From positions 42,066-106,065 of the forward strand of contig CAWGQH010000002.1 of the NCBI GenBank assembly GCA_963824735.1: 64,000 nt of DNA, in the 5' to 3' direction. Source of the DNA: an uncultured Chloroflexia bacterium. GTDB lineage: Bacteria; Chloroflexota; Limnocylindria; Limnocylindrales; CSP1-4. The translations under genes and the position numbers were made by a program. Positions within the stretch are counted from its first letter, which is position 1; each line of letters opens with the position of its first letter. Positions 9,892 to 21,985 of this stretch are shown one piece after another. Below the pieces are notes generated by a model that saw nothing but the letters and a program-made list of their open reading frames with translations, was not told where the DNA came from and did not search any database.

Positions 9892-10574
9892 CCATCGAAC
9901 GCATCCTCGCCTGGTACCGGGTGGGCTCGTCGGTCGGCGCCGTGGTGGCGCTGATCGTCGCGAACCTGGTCCCGCTGTTCGGGGTGCTGTTCCTCGGCTG
10001 GAGCGTCTGGAACATCCTGATCGTGTACTGGCTCGAGAACGGGGTCGTCGGCGCCTTCAACGTCCTGAAGATGGCGACCGCGCAGGGAGCCGGCCTGCCC
10101 GAGGGGATGACCGCCCACAACCGCCCCGTTGCCGAAACCAGGAAGACGAGGCTCATCCCGTTCTTCATCGTCCACTACGGCCTGTTCTGGGTGGTGCACG
10201 GCATCTTCGTGCTGACCCTGCCGTTCCTGTTCACTGGTGAGCCCGGGTCGGCGTCCGGTGTCGATCCGGTCACGATCCTGTTCGCCGCGATCGTCCTCGG
10301 GATCAGCCACGGCGTGTCGTACTGGTGGAACTACCTGCACGGTGGCGAGTACCGCCGGATCAGCGCCGCGCAGTTGATGTTCGCTCCGTACGGGCGACTG
10401 ATGGTGCTCCACATGACCATCATCCTCGGCGCCGTCGCGATCGGCACGACGGGCGCCCAGTCGGCGGCCATAGCCGTCCTCGTCACGATCAAGATCGCCA
10501 TCGACCTCGGGTTGCACCTCGCCGAGCACCGTCGCGCAGCCCCAATCCCCGAAACGATGACCGCCCTCCCGTGA
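9888..10574 (+). CDS. DUF6498-like membrane protein
   Basis: LIVANLVPLFGVLFLGW, YWLENGVVG, FFIVHYG, PYGRLMVLH. Confidence 0.78.
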   Translation: MTIERILAWYRVGSSVGAVVALIVANLVPLFGVLFLGWSVWNILIVYWLENGVVGAFNVLKMATAQGAGLPEGMTAHNRPVAETRKTRLIPFFIVHYGLFWVVHGIFVLTLPFLFTGEPGSASGVDPVTILFAAIVLGISHGVSYWWNYLHGGEYRRISAAQLMFAPYGRLMVLHMTIILGAVAIGTTGAQSAAIAVLVTIKIAIDLGLHLAEHRRAAPIPETMTALP

Positions 10575-11149
10575 GCCCGATGGCCGATGCCCAGGAAGTG
10601 TTCGTCGAGGACCGCGCGACATGGCGCGCGTGGCTCGAGAACAACCACGACACGTCGGCAGGCGTGTGGCTCGTCACGTGGCGGACGCGAGCGCGCCGCA
10701 CGGGACTCCCTTACGAGGCGGCCGTCGAGGAAGCGCTCTGCTTCGGCTGGGTCGACGGCACCGCCGGCACCATCGACGAGGAACGCGGCAAGCAGTACTT
10801 CGCGCCGCGAAAGCCGCACAGCGGCTGGGCGGCAACCAACAAGGCCCGCGTCGAGCGGCTCATCGCCGAGGGCCGCATGGCGCCGGCCGGCGTGGCCGCC
10901 ATCGAGCGAGCCAGGGCGAACGGGTCGTGGGAGCTCCTCGACAGCGTCGAACGGCTGGAGGTGCCGCGCGACCTGGCCGTCGCGCTCGACGCTCAGCCAC
11001 CGGCCGCGGCCAACTTCGCCGCCTTTCCGCCGTCGGTTCGCAAGCAGTTGCTGACGTCGCTCGTGATGGCACGCCGACCCGAAACGCGCGCCGAGCGCGT
11101 CCGCCGGATCGCCGAGGCTGCCGCGCGAAACGAGCGAACGCCGGCCTGA
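10571..11149 (+). CDS. YdeI/OmpD-associated family protein
   Basis: WRAWLENNH..GVWLV..EEALCFGWVDG..FAPRKPHSGWAATNKARVE. Confidence 0.9.
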   Translation: MSPMADAQEVFVEDRATWRAWLENNHDTSAGVWLVTWRTRARRTGLPYEAAVEEALCFGWVDGTAGTIDEERGKQYFAPRKPHSGWAATNKARVERLIAEGRMAPAGVAAIERARANGSWELLDSVERLEVPRDLAVALDAQPPAAANFAAFPPSVRKQLLTSLVMARRPETRAERVRRIAEAAARNERTPA

Positions 11150-11188
11150 TCCAGGCAGCGGTGGGAGAATCGCACAAAAGGAGACCGC

Positions 11189-11557
11189 ATGAACTTCAAC
11201 AGCATCCTCATCGGCTCGGAGGACCCAGCACGCCTCGCGGGGTACTACGAGAAGCTGTTCGGGAAACCAACCTGGGACGACGGCGGCTACACCACGTGGC
11301 TGCTCGGCGGCGGTGCGGTGAGTATTGGTCCGCACAGCGAGGTGCACGGCAGGAACCCGCAACCTGGCCGATTGATCTGGAACATCGAGAGCAACGACGT
11401 CCAGGGCGATTTCGAGCGGTTCAAGGCTGCCGGGGCCACGGTCGTCCGCGAGCCATACGGGTTCGAGGAGGCGCCGGGCTCACTGATCGCGACCTTCGCC
11501 GACCCGGACGACAACTATTTCCAGCTCATGACCCCGATGGAGCCACCCGAGCGCTGA
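11189..11557 (+). CDS. VOC family protein
   Basis: ILIGSEDPARL..YY, IATFADPDDNYFQL. AAGGAG RBS. Confidence 0.88.
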   Translation: MNFNSILIGSEDPARLAGYYEKLFGKPTWDDGGYTTWLLGGGAVSIGPHSEVHGRNPQPGRLIWNIESNDVQGDFERFKAAGATVVREPYGFEEAPGSLIATFADPDDNYFQLMTPMEPPER

Positions 11558-11572
11558 TCGGGCCGGGCTCGG

Positions 11573-14273
<2,701 letters not shown>

Positions 14274-14299
14274 GAAGCCGAACGGTACACGGCGCGGCG

Positions 14300-15631
14300 C
14301 TACAGGCGGACCGCGAATACCCGCCAGGTTCCGGGTACCCCCTTGAGCTCGTGCTCGCCCCGCTCGTCGAACTCGAGCCCCGATCCCACCACGAGATCCC
14401 GCACTGTGCTCGAAGCGAGAATCTCACGTGGACCGGCGAGCGCCGCGATCCTCGCCCCGATATGGACTGCCAGCCCGGCAACGTCCTCGGGTTGGACTTC
14501 GATCTCGCCCGTGTGCAATCCGGCCCTGATGTCGATGCCCAGCTGGGCGACGTCATCCCGGATGCCCGCGGCGCAGCGGACCGCTCTGGCCGGGCCGTCG
14601 AACGTGGCCAGGACGCCATCGCCAACCGACTTCACGGCACGTCCGCCAAATCGCTCGATCTGCCGCCGGGCCAGGTCATCGTGCTCGCTGAGCACCGCCC
14701 GCCAGCGCGCATCGCCCAGTTCCGCGGCGAGCTTGGTGGACCCCACGATATCGGTGAACAGGATCGTCGCGAGTACCCGGTCAGACTCGGGTGCCGGCCG
14801 AACCCCGGTCACGAAGTCGGCGATCTCGGCGACGATAGCGTCCTGGTTGCCAGCCCAGATCAGGTTGTCCGTTCCGGGCAGCTCGACATACCGGGCCCCC
14901 TCGATGTGCTCGGCCAGGTAGCGGCCGTGGTCCGCCGCGAAGCCGACCGCGTCCTTCCGGTGGATGACCAGCGTCGGGACGTGGATGGCCGGAAGCACGT
15001 TGCGGACGTCGCTCTCGTAGATCAGTCGAACGATCGCGACGGTGCTGCCCGGCGTGGCGGCATGGCGCTCGTAGCGCGACCAGGCGCGTCGCAGCCGCTC
15101 GTCACCGGACACGCTTGGCGCAAAGAGGTCGAGCATGACCCCTTGCCCCGTTCGCGCCTCAGCCGTCGCGAGCGCTTCGGCGACGGCCGCCTCGGGAGCA
15201 CCGATCGGATAGTCGTCCGCGACCTGGAACCGGGCGAAACAATCCACCAGGATCAGGCTCGTGACGCGCTCGGGATGGGCGGCAGCGAACGGAATGGCGA
15301 GGATCCCGCCCCCGATGTTCGCGATCACCGCTGCGCGAGCCGACCCAACCTCGTCGAGCACGGCCGGGATATCGGCCATGAACTCCTCGAGTGTCGGGAG
15401 CGCGGATGTCGGGATCGGGTCCGAAAGGCCCGTGCCGCGCTCGTCGAACATGATCAGCCGGCCGAACGACGCGAGTCGTTCGCGCAGCGTCGCCATCGGC
15501 TGGACTTCCCACTGTGCCTCGACGTTGCCGAACCATTGGTCGAGCAGGAGAATGTCGGGCGGGCCCTCGCCCATCACCTGGTACGCCAGGTGCAGGTCTC
15601 CGAGGCGGGCGTAGCGCGTTTCGGGCTGCAT
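14300..15631 (-). CDS. alpha/beta-hydrolase + class III adenylate cyclase (second LipJ-like paralogue)
   Basis: MQPETRYA, FDERGTGLSDP, RVLATILFTDIVGST, KSVGDG, GLAVHIGARI. Confidence 0.9.
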   Translation of the reverse strand: MQPETRYARLGDLHLAYQVMGEGPPDILLLDQWFGNVEAQWEVQPMATLRERLASFGRLIMFDERGTGLSDPIPTSALPTLEEFMADIPAVLDEVGSARAAVIANIGGGILAIPFAAAHPERVTSLILVDCFARFQVADDYPIGAPEAAVAEALATAEARTGQGVMLDLFAPSVSGDERLRRAWSRYERHAATPGSTVAIVRLIYESDVRNVLPAIHVPTLVIHRKDAVGFAADHGRYLAEHIEGARYVELPGTDNLIWAGNQDAIVAEIADFVTGVRPAPESDRVLATILFTDIVGSTKLAAELGDARWRAVLSEHDDLARRQIERFGGRAVKSVGDGVLATFDGPARAVRCAAGIRDDVAQLGIDIRAGLHTGEIEVQPEDVAGLAVHIGARIAALAGPREILASSTVRDLVVGSGLEFDERGEHELKGVPGTWRVFAVRL

Positions 15632-15692
15632 CGGCCCAAGCCTACCGTTCGGAAATTGGGGCTGAGGGTCGCGGTCGGTGATACTGGGCGCC

Positions 15693-15917
15693 ATGCCCGA
15701 GCAGGCATCGCCGGATCCCGAAGTCACCTACTACGCGAACGGCAAGGTGAAGTACCGCGGCGCGAACCTCGACGGGCAGATGCACGGTCCCTGGGAGTTC
15801 TTCCGGACCGACGGATCGCTGATGCGCGCGGGAAGCTTCGATCGCGGCCGGCAGATCGGAACGTGGAAGACCTTCGACCGGGACGGCCGCGTCGTCAAGG
15901 AGACCGAGTTCGGATGA
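15693..15917 (+). CDS. small MORN-variant / YwqK-like repeat protein
   Basis: YYANGKVKYRG..DGQMHGPWEFFRTDG..GSFDRGRQIGTWKTFDRDG. Confidence 0.75.
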   Translation: MPEQASPDPEVTYYANGKVKYRGANLDGQMHGPWEFFRTDGSLMRAGSFDRGRQIGTWKTFDRDGRVVKETEFG

Positions 15918-16715
15918 GCGTATCGACCGGTGACCGCTGGGCGAGCGGCGCCGCCTACGAGGGATACATCGGCCGCTGGAGCCGGCTTGTCGCGCCCGAA
16001 TTCGTCGACTGGCTCGCGCAGCCCGCCGGTTTGAGCTGGCTCGACGTCGGGTGCGGGACCGGGATCCTCACACGGACGATCCTGGACCGCAGCGACCCGG
16101 CTTCCTTGGTCGGCGTCGATCCGGCGCAACCGTTCGTCGACCACGCCCGGGAGGCGGTGCCGGACCCGCGCGTCACGTTCCGTGTCGCCAGCGCCGACGC
16201 AACAGGGTGCGAAGACGCCTCGGTCGACGCCGTGGCGGCCGGCCTCGTCCTCAACTTCGTGCCGGATCTCGGAGCGGCACTGGCGGAAGCGCAGCGGGTC
16301 GTCCGGCCAACAGGGATGGTCGCGGGCTACGTGTGGGACTACGCCGCCGGCATGCAGCTGCTGCGCCGGTTCTTCGATGCGGCCATCGCGCTGGATCCCG
16401 GGATGCGCGCCCATGACGAGGGTGTCCGCTTCCCGATCACCCACGAGGGCCGGCTCGCCGCGGCATTCGAAGCGGCGGGCCTGGTCGACGTCAATCAGCG
16501 CCCGATCGACGTGCCCACGGTTTTCCGCGATTTCGACGACCTGTGGACGCCGTTCCTGCGCGGCACCGGCCCGGCGCCCGCGTACGTCGTCTCGCTCGAC
16601 GAGCCGGCCCGCACGGCCCTGCGCGACCGGCTTCGCGCGTCGTTGACCGAGGAGCCCGACGGGACCATCCGACTCACCGCTCGCGCGTGGGCGGTGCGGG
16701 GCCGTCTGCCAGAAG
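15914..16715 (+). CDS. class I SAM-dependent methyltransferase (stop codon apparently lost; end approximate)
   Basis: YEGYIGRWSR, WLDVGCGTG, GLVLNFVPD, GYVWDYA, IRLTARAWAVRG typical C-terminus. Confidence 0.85.
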
Positions 16716-16825
16716 GCCCTGGGACAGAGCACGGCGGCCCGGCCCTCAGGGACGAATGGACCTGCCGGTCACGCAAACGAGGCGTACGATGGCGGTTACC
16801 GTCGGGGCGCCCGGAGGGTGGGGAA

Positions 16826-18700
16826 ATGAATGCCCGGCTCTCGCGACGCGCGTTCATCAAGCTCGGTGCCGCCGGCGGAGCGGCGCTGTTCCTGCCTTGG
16901 CGGTTCGGACCAGCCATAGCCCGTGCCCAGATTCCAGGCCCGACACTCCCTCCGGGGTCGATCCCGAAGTACGCGACGCCGCTGCTCGTTCCTCCTGCCA
17001 TGCCGCGGGCCGGCAAGATCAAGGTGAAGGGCGGCAAGAACATCGACTACTACGAGATCGCCGTCCGCCAGTTCGAGCAGCAGATCCTACCGGCCGAGCT
17101 GCCGGCAACAACCGTCTGGGGCTACGGTCCGCGGGTAGCGCAGGGTGGACCCATCATCTTCAATGCGCCCTCGCTCACGATCGAGGCGAAGCATCGCACG
17201 CCGGTCCGCGTGAAATGGGTCAATGAGCTGCGTCGAGGACCCGGCTGACCCGATGTCCCCGTACCTCTCCCACCTGCTGCCAGTGGACCCGACGCTCCAC
17301 TGGGCGAACCCGCCCGGCGGGACGGGCGGCCGCGACATGCGGCCGGAATTCGCCGCGACACCCGGCTCCTACACCGGCCCCGTCCCCATCGTGACCCACG
17401 TGCACGGCTCCGCCGGCGTGGGCGACGAGAGCGACGGGTACGCAGAGGCCTGGTACCTACCCCGGGCCGGCAACATCCCCGCCGGCTACGCCACCGAGGG
17501 CACCTGGTACGACTTCTTCCGGGGCAAGGCGGCGAGCCGCGGCTACGTCGCCCCGGACACGTCCGAGTGGGACCCGGGAACGGCCGTCTTCCAGTATCCC
17601 AATAGCCAGCGCGCGTCGACGATCTGGTACCACGACCACACGCTGGGGATGACCCGGCTCAACGTGTATGCCGGGCCGGCTGGGTTCTTCCTCATTCGCG
17701 GCGGGCCTGGCGACGAAGTGTTCGACAGCCGGACGGGGCGCCCCGCATTCCTGCCCGGCCCTGCGCCCGGAGATCGGCGATCCGCCGGGTATCGACCTAT
17801 TACGAGATCCCGATCGCCGTCCAGGATCGGTCGTTCGACGCCGACGGCTCGCTGTTCTATCCGGACACGCGGGCGTTCTTCGACGAGATCGAAGGTCCGT
17901 TCATCCCGGAAACCGACCTCTCCCCGATCTGGAACCCGGAGTTCTTCGGCAACACGATGATGGTCAACGGGAGCACCTGGCCATATTTAGCTGTCGAGCA
18001 GCGCCGCTATCGGTTCCGCTTCCTCAACGGCTGCGACTCCCGCTTCTTGATCCTGGACTTCTCGAACATCCCCGGGATCGAGGTCTGGCAGATCGGCAAC
18101 GAGGGCGGGTTCCTTCCGGCCCCGGTCAACCTGACCGAATTCAATGGCGGTCGGCTGCTCATGGCGCTCGCCGAGCGCGCCGATCTCATCGCGGACTTCA
18201 CGAACGTCCCGCTCGGAGGCCACGTGCTCACCAACATCGGTCCGGACGAACCCTTCGGCGGCGGCGAGCCGGACGAGGATTACGACTCGTCCGACCCCAA
18301 TACGACCGGGCAAGTCATGGAGTTCCGGGTCGTGCCATTGAGCGGACGCGATCAGAGCACGCCACCGCAGTTCCTCCAGCTTCCCTCGATCACGCCGCTC
18401 GGGCCATCGACCACGACGCGGCCGCTGGCGTCCTCGAGGTGCACGGCTCGAGCGACAGCGAGGGTCTCGACGACGCCATTGATGTGGATGGAGCCGGTGA
18501 CCGACGAACCCGAACGTCGGCGACGTAGACGTGGGATACAACGCGAGACCCGCCCCCGTTCCAGTTCGAGGTCCGAGACCAACCGATCCGTCGAGGAGGA
18601 GGGAGGTACCAGCTCGAGCCTGTTCGAGTGAGGCCGGCGAAACGGTGACGGCCTATCCGCGAGGACAACGAGATGCGGCCATACCGGATTCCTGCGCAAC
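16826..18700 (+). pseudogene. Tat-exported multicopper oxidase (CotA / bilirubin oxidase-like), frameshifted, C-terminal domain degraded
   Basis: SRRAFIK Tat signal, IPKYATPL, VTHVHG, WYHDHTLGMTRLNVYAG, RYRFRFLNGC. The domain-3 HPxHxH and HCH motifs cannot be recovered. Confidence 0.75.
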
Positions 18701-18711
18701 GGCTAACGGGG

Positions 18712-19113
18712 TCAGCGGCTGCGGCGGGTCGCTAGGCGGGCGGACATGCGTGGCGCGTCCCTGGCATCCACCTCGGCCACCCTGATCTTCACGATTCGCT
18801 CGACGAGCCCGGTCGGGATCGGGCGGTCGGCCGGGAACCGGATCGTCCCCTTGCCAGCCAGGAATGGTCTGAGCTCGTCGCCGAGCTCGGCCTCCATTTC
18901 GTTCGTGGACGGGAACAGGCTGTAGTGCGCCTTGTACGCGTCGTACGAGACGAGGAAGCGGCCCGTCGGGCTGCGGAAGGCAGGCATCGCGTACGCGATC
19001 GTCTCAATGGCAGCAGGCGCGGCACGACGGATCGTCCGACGCAGCTCTTCCATGGGGCCACGCCGTTCCTCGGGAAGCGCCGCGAGATATTCGTCGACGG
19101 TCGCGACCGGCAC
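18712..19113 (-). CDS. DUF1801 / YdhG-like protein
   Basis: VDEYLAALP..LRRTI..APAAIETIAYAMPAF..GKGTIRFP. Confidence 0.85.
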   Translation of the reverse strand: MPVATVDEYLAALPEERRGPMEELRRTIRRAAPAAIETIAYAMPAFRSPTGRFLVSYDAYKAHYSLFPSTNEMEAELGDELRPFLAGKGTIRFPADRPIPTGLVERIVKIRVAEVDARDAPRMSARLATRRSR

Positions 19114-19249
19114 GTGAACCTTTCCGCCTCCTGCTCCATCTGTGTAATTGAAGCGGTGGCCGGTGACGCAGTACGGACATCGGCCGATGCTGCCGATCCG
19201 CCTTTAGGCAGAGTCTGGTGGCTACCGACGCCAACAGCAACACAAGGGG

Positions 19250-20080
19250 ATGTCCATGGCCATTGCCACAGCCGACGCGCCGGACCTCGCCGCCATCAAG
19301 CAGCGCCAGCAGGCGACCTGGGCGAGCGGCGACTATCACATGATCGGCACGCAGATCCTGCTCACTGCCGAGCAGCTGATCGAGTCGCTCGACGTCCACT
19401 CCACCGACCGCGTGCTCGACGTCGCCACGGGCAGCGGGAATGCGGCCCTCGCGGCGGCCCGCCGCAGCTGCGAGGTCGTCGGGATCGACTACGTGCCGTC
19501 GCTGCTCGAGCGGGCGCGCGAACGCGCGATCGCCGAAGGCGTGCAGGCGCAGTTCGAGGACGGCGACGCCGAGGCGATCCCGTTCGAGGACGACAGCTTC
19601 GACGTGGTCACCTCGGTCTTCGGCGCGATGTTCGCGCCGAGCCAGGAGGCTGCCGCATCGGAGCTTGCCCGGGTCACCAGGCCCGGCGGCAAGATCGGGC
19701 TCGTGACCCACACGCCCGAGGGCTACATCGGGAACCTGTTCAAGGTGATCGGCAAGCACGTGCCGCCGCCCGCGGGCCTCCGCTCGCCGATCCAGTGGGG
19801 CACCGAGGAACGCCTTCGCGAGCTGTTCGGGGACGCGATCGCCGAGCTTCGCGTCGAGAAGCGGCACATGACGTTCCGCTACCGCTCGCCACAGACGTGG
19901 GTCGACTACTGGCGGCGCTACTACGGTCCGACGCTGAAGGCGTTCGAAGCCGTCGGCGAGGAGGGGCGCCCTGCCCTCGAAGCCGACGTGCTCGAGAACA
20001 TCGCGCGCTTCAATCGTGCCGACGACGGCACGATGGTCGTGCCGAGCGAATATCTCGAGGCCGTGATCGTCGTGCGCTGA
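19250..20080 (+). CDS. class I SAM-dependent methyltransferase
   Basis: KQRQQATWASGDY, VLDVATGSGNAA, GDAEAIPF, SVFGAMFAP, EYLEAV. Confidence 0.92.
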   Translation: MSMAIATADAPDLAAIKQRQQATWASGDYHMIGTQILLTAEQLIESLDVHSTDRVLDVATGSGNAALAAARRSCEVVGIDYVPSLLERARERAIAEGVQAQFEDGDAEAIPFEDDSFDVVTSVFGAMFAPSQEAAASELARVTRPGGKIGLVTHTPEGYIGNLFKVIGKHVPPPAGLRSPIQWGTEERLRELFGDAIAELRVEKRHMTFRYRSPQTWVDYWRRYYGPTLKAFEAVGEEGRPALEADVLENIARFNRADDGTMVVPSEYLEAVIVVR

Positions 20081-20104
20081 CCCGGCGACCACGCCAGCCC
20101 GTTC

Positions 20105-20138
20105 GGAGCGGCGAGCCCCTGCGCTCGCTGCTCCTTCT
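20105..20138. terminator. hairpin between convergent genes
   Basis: GGAGCGGCGAGC-ccctgc-GCTCGCTGCTCC followed by TTCT. Confidence 0.5.
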
Positions 20139-20149
20139 GGTTCTCAGCG

Positions 20150-20766
20150 CTCAGTCGCCAGGGCGACCGGGCCATCCACGCGGCGAGGCCTGTCTCGTTC
20201 AGGAGTCGCGCACTCTGGCAGTCGCGGCGTACGGCGGCCTCCCGCGTGATCGCATCGAGAAAGTGACGGTCGAACGCGCCACGTGGGTACTCGCGCACGA
20301 CCGCTTCACGAACGTCGTCCACGAGCTCGAACTCCGCGCCTCGAACATCCAGGCCTGTCGCGCGGTCGAGGAGGACGGCCTCGACGCCATCGTCGAGGGT
20401 CACGCCAGGCTGCATGTGGAGGATGATCGAGACCGCGACGCGCTCGGCCTCGTCCGCGGGCATTCCCATCCGTTCGAGAAGCCGCCGCGCGAGCTCCGCT
20501 CCCTCGACCTCGAAGCACATCGTGTTGCGGCCGAGGCGGCGCAGGCCATTGTCATGGAACAGCGACGACGTCCACAGGATCCGCTGGTCGAAGTGCCAGC
20601 CCTCCCCTGCCCCGATCGCGGCACCCCAGCAATACGCGCGGATCGAGTGCGCGAGCAGGTATCGCGGCAGCGAGCGGTTGGCCCATGTCCAGGTCGCGGC
20701 CGAGACCTCGTCCTGCGGGACCGCGATGCCGCCGATGCGCCTCGGCAGGGGCGGTACGCGGCTCAT
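20150..20766 (-). CDS. HD domain protein (cyanamide hydratase-like); true stop probably near 20150
   Basis: LLAHSIRAY, LFHD.GL, FEVEGAELA, IILHM, YPRGAF. The ORF as read runs on into the convergent gene (probable indel). Confidence 0.8.
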
Positions 20767-20885
20767 TGGGAATCGGAGCCGTGTTGCGGGAACATCAGGC
20801 CATCCTCGGTTGTTCGTCCGCGATCGTCCGCGATGCACGATCATGATGGACGGCGGCTGCCCTCGCCATCACCCCGGAGGCCAAC

Positions 20886-21824
20886 GTGAAACCGTGGTTC
20901 GGCCTGCATCTTCCGTACTACACGTCCACGGACGCACCCGACGAGCGCCTGTTCGACCGGGTCGTCGAGCAGGCGCGTGCCGCGGAGCAGGCGGGGTTCA
21001 GCCTCGTCACGGTGATGGATCACCTGTACCAGATCCCGGGCGTCGGTCCCGTTACCGATCCGATGCTCGAGGGCTGGTCGGTCCTTGCCGCGCTGTCCCG
21101 CGAGACCAGCCGTGTCCGGCTCGGCACGCTCGTGACCGGCGTCACGTACCGCAACCCGGCGCTCCTCGCGAAGACTGCGACGACCCTCGACGTGCTGTCG
21201 GGGGGCAGGGCGATCTTCGGGCTCGGCGCCGCCTGGAACGACGTCGAGCACGCGGGCTACGGTTTCGAGTTTCCGACCCTGCGTGAACGGATGGATCGTC
21301 TCGACGAGGCGCTCACGATCGTGCGCGCCATGTTCACCGAGGACCGCCCGTCCTTCGAGGGCCGCCACTATCGGATCAGCGCAGCGCTCAACATGCCGCG
21401 CCCGGTCCAGCCCAACGGACCGCCGATCCTCGTGGGCGGAGGCGGCGAGCAGCGGACCCTGCGGATCGCGGCCAGGCACGCCGACATGACGCACTGGTTC
21501 GCGCTCGGTCTCGATGTGCTTCGCCACAAGACCGAGGTGCTCGAACGCCACTGCGCGGAGATCGGGCGCGATCCCGGAGCGATCGAGCGGACGATGGGGG
21601 CACCGGTCATCGTCGCCGCCGACGACGCCGAAGCGCGCGCCTTTCTGGAGCGGATGCCCGAGGACCGCCGACCGTTCGTCAAGATCGGCACGCCCGAGCA
21701 GATGGCCGATGAGATGCGGACCTACGTGGACGCCGGTTTCACCGGTTTCACGTTCAACAACTCGCTGTATCGGACACCCGAGCAGATCGCCCGCGTCGGC
21801 GAGCTGCTCGCCCTGATCACCTGA
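20886..21824 (+). CDS. LLM class F420-dependent oxidoreductase
   Basis: VMDHLYQI, MLEGWSVL, LGTLVTGVTYRNPALLAK, GLGAAW, GGGGEQRTL. Confidence 0.9.
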   Translation: MKPWFGLHLPYYTSTDAPDERLFDRVVEQARAAEQAGFSLVTVMDHLYQIPGVGPVTDPMLEGWSVLAALSRETSRVRLGTLVTGVTYRNPALLAKTATTLDVLSGGRAIFGLGAAWNDVEHAGYGFEFPTLRERMDRLDEALTIVRAMFTEDRPSFEGRHYRISAALNMPRPVQPNGPPILVGGGGEQRTLRIAARHADMTHWFALGLDVLRHKTEVLERHCAEIGRDPGAIERTMGAPVIVAADDAEARAFLERMPEDRRPFVKIGTPEQMADEMRTYVDAGFTGFTFNNSLYRTPEQIARVGELLALIT

Positions 21825-21985
21825 CGACGGCCCTCGACGCGGCGTCGGACCGCCGAAACACCCGGAGTCGGCTGTTGACCGAAAGCACCAGGCCGTTCCA
21901 GGACGACTGATCGGTCGCAATCGGGTGGACGACTGGCCGATGCTGCCGTCACAATCGTCGCACAGGGGCCCAGGAGGGGCGGACC

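Noticed and set aside
16745-16765. GGGACGAATGGACC resembling a DosR/DevR-like box upstream of the MCO
   Set aside because: Weak partial match with no second supporting site
15914-17248. Apparent methyltransferase-multicopper oxidase fusion ORF
   Set aside because: The MCO has its own -10 (TACGAT), GGAGG RBS and an N-terminal Tat signal at 16826, and the linker is not protein-like. A lost stop codon is more likely.
19921-20150. Long 3' overlap between the HD protein and the convergent methyltransferase
   Set aside because: The extension crosses a terminator hairpin and follows the family's usual end (..RSPW). An indel probably removed the stop.
20814-20833. TCGTCCGCGA tandem duplication in a divergent promoter region
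   Set aside because: Only two GC-rich 10-mers. Could be chance or a consensus artefact.
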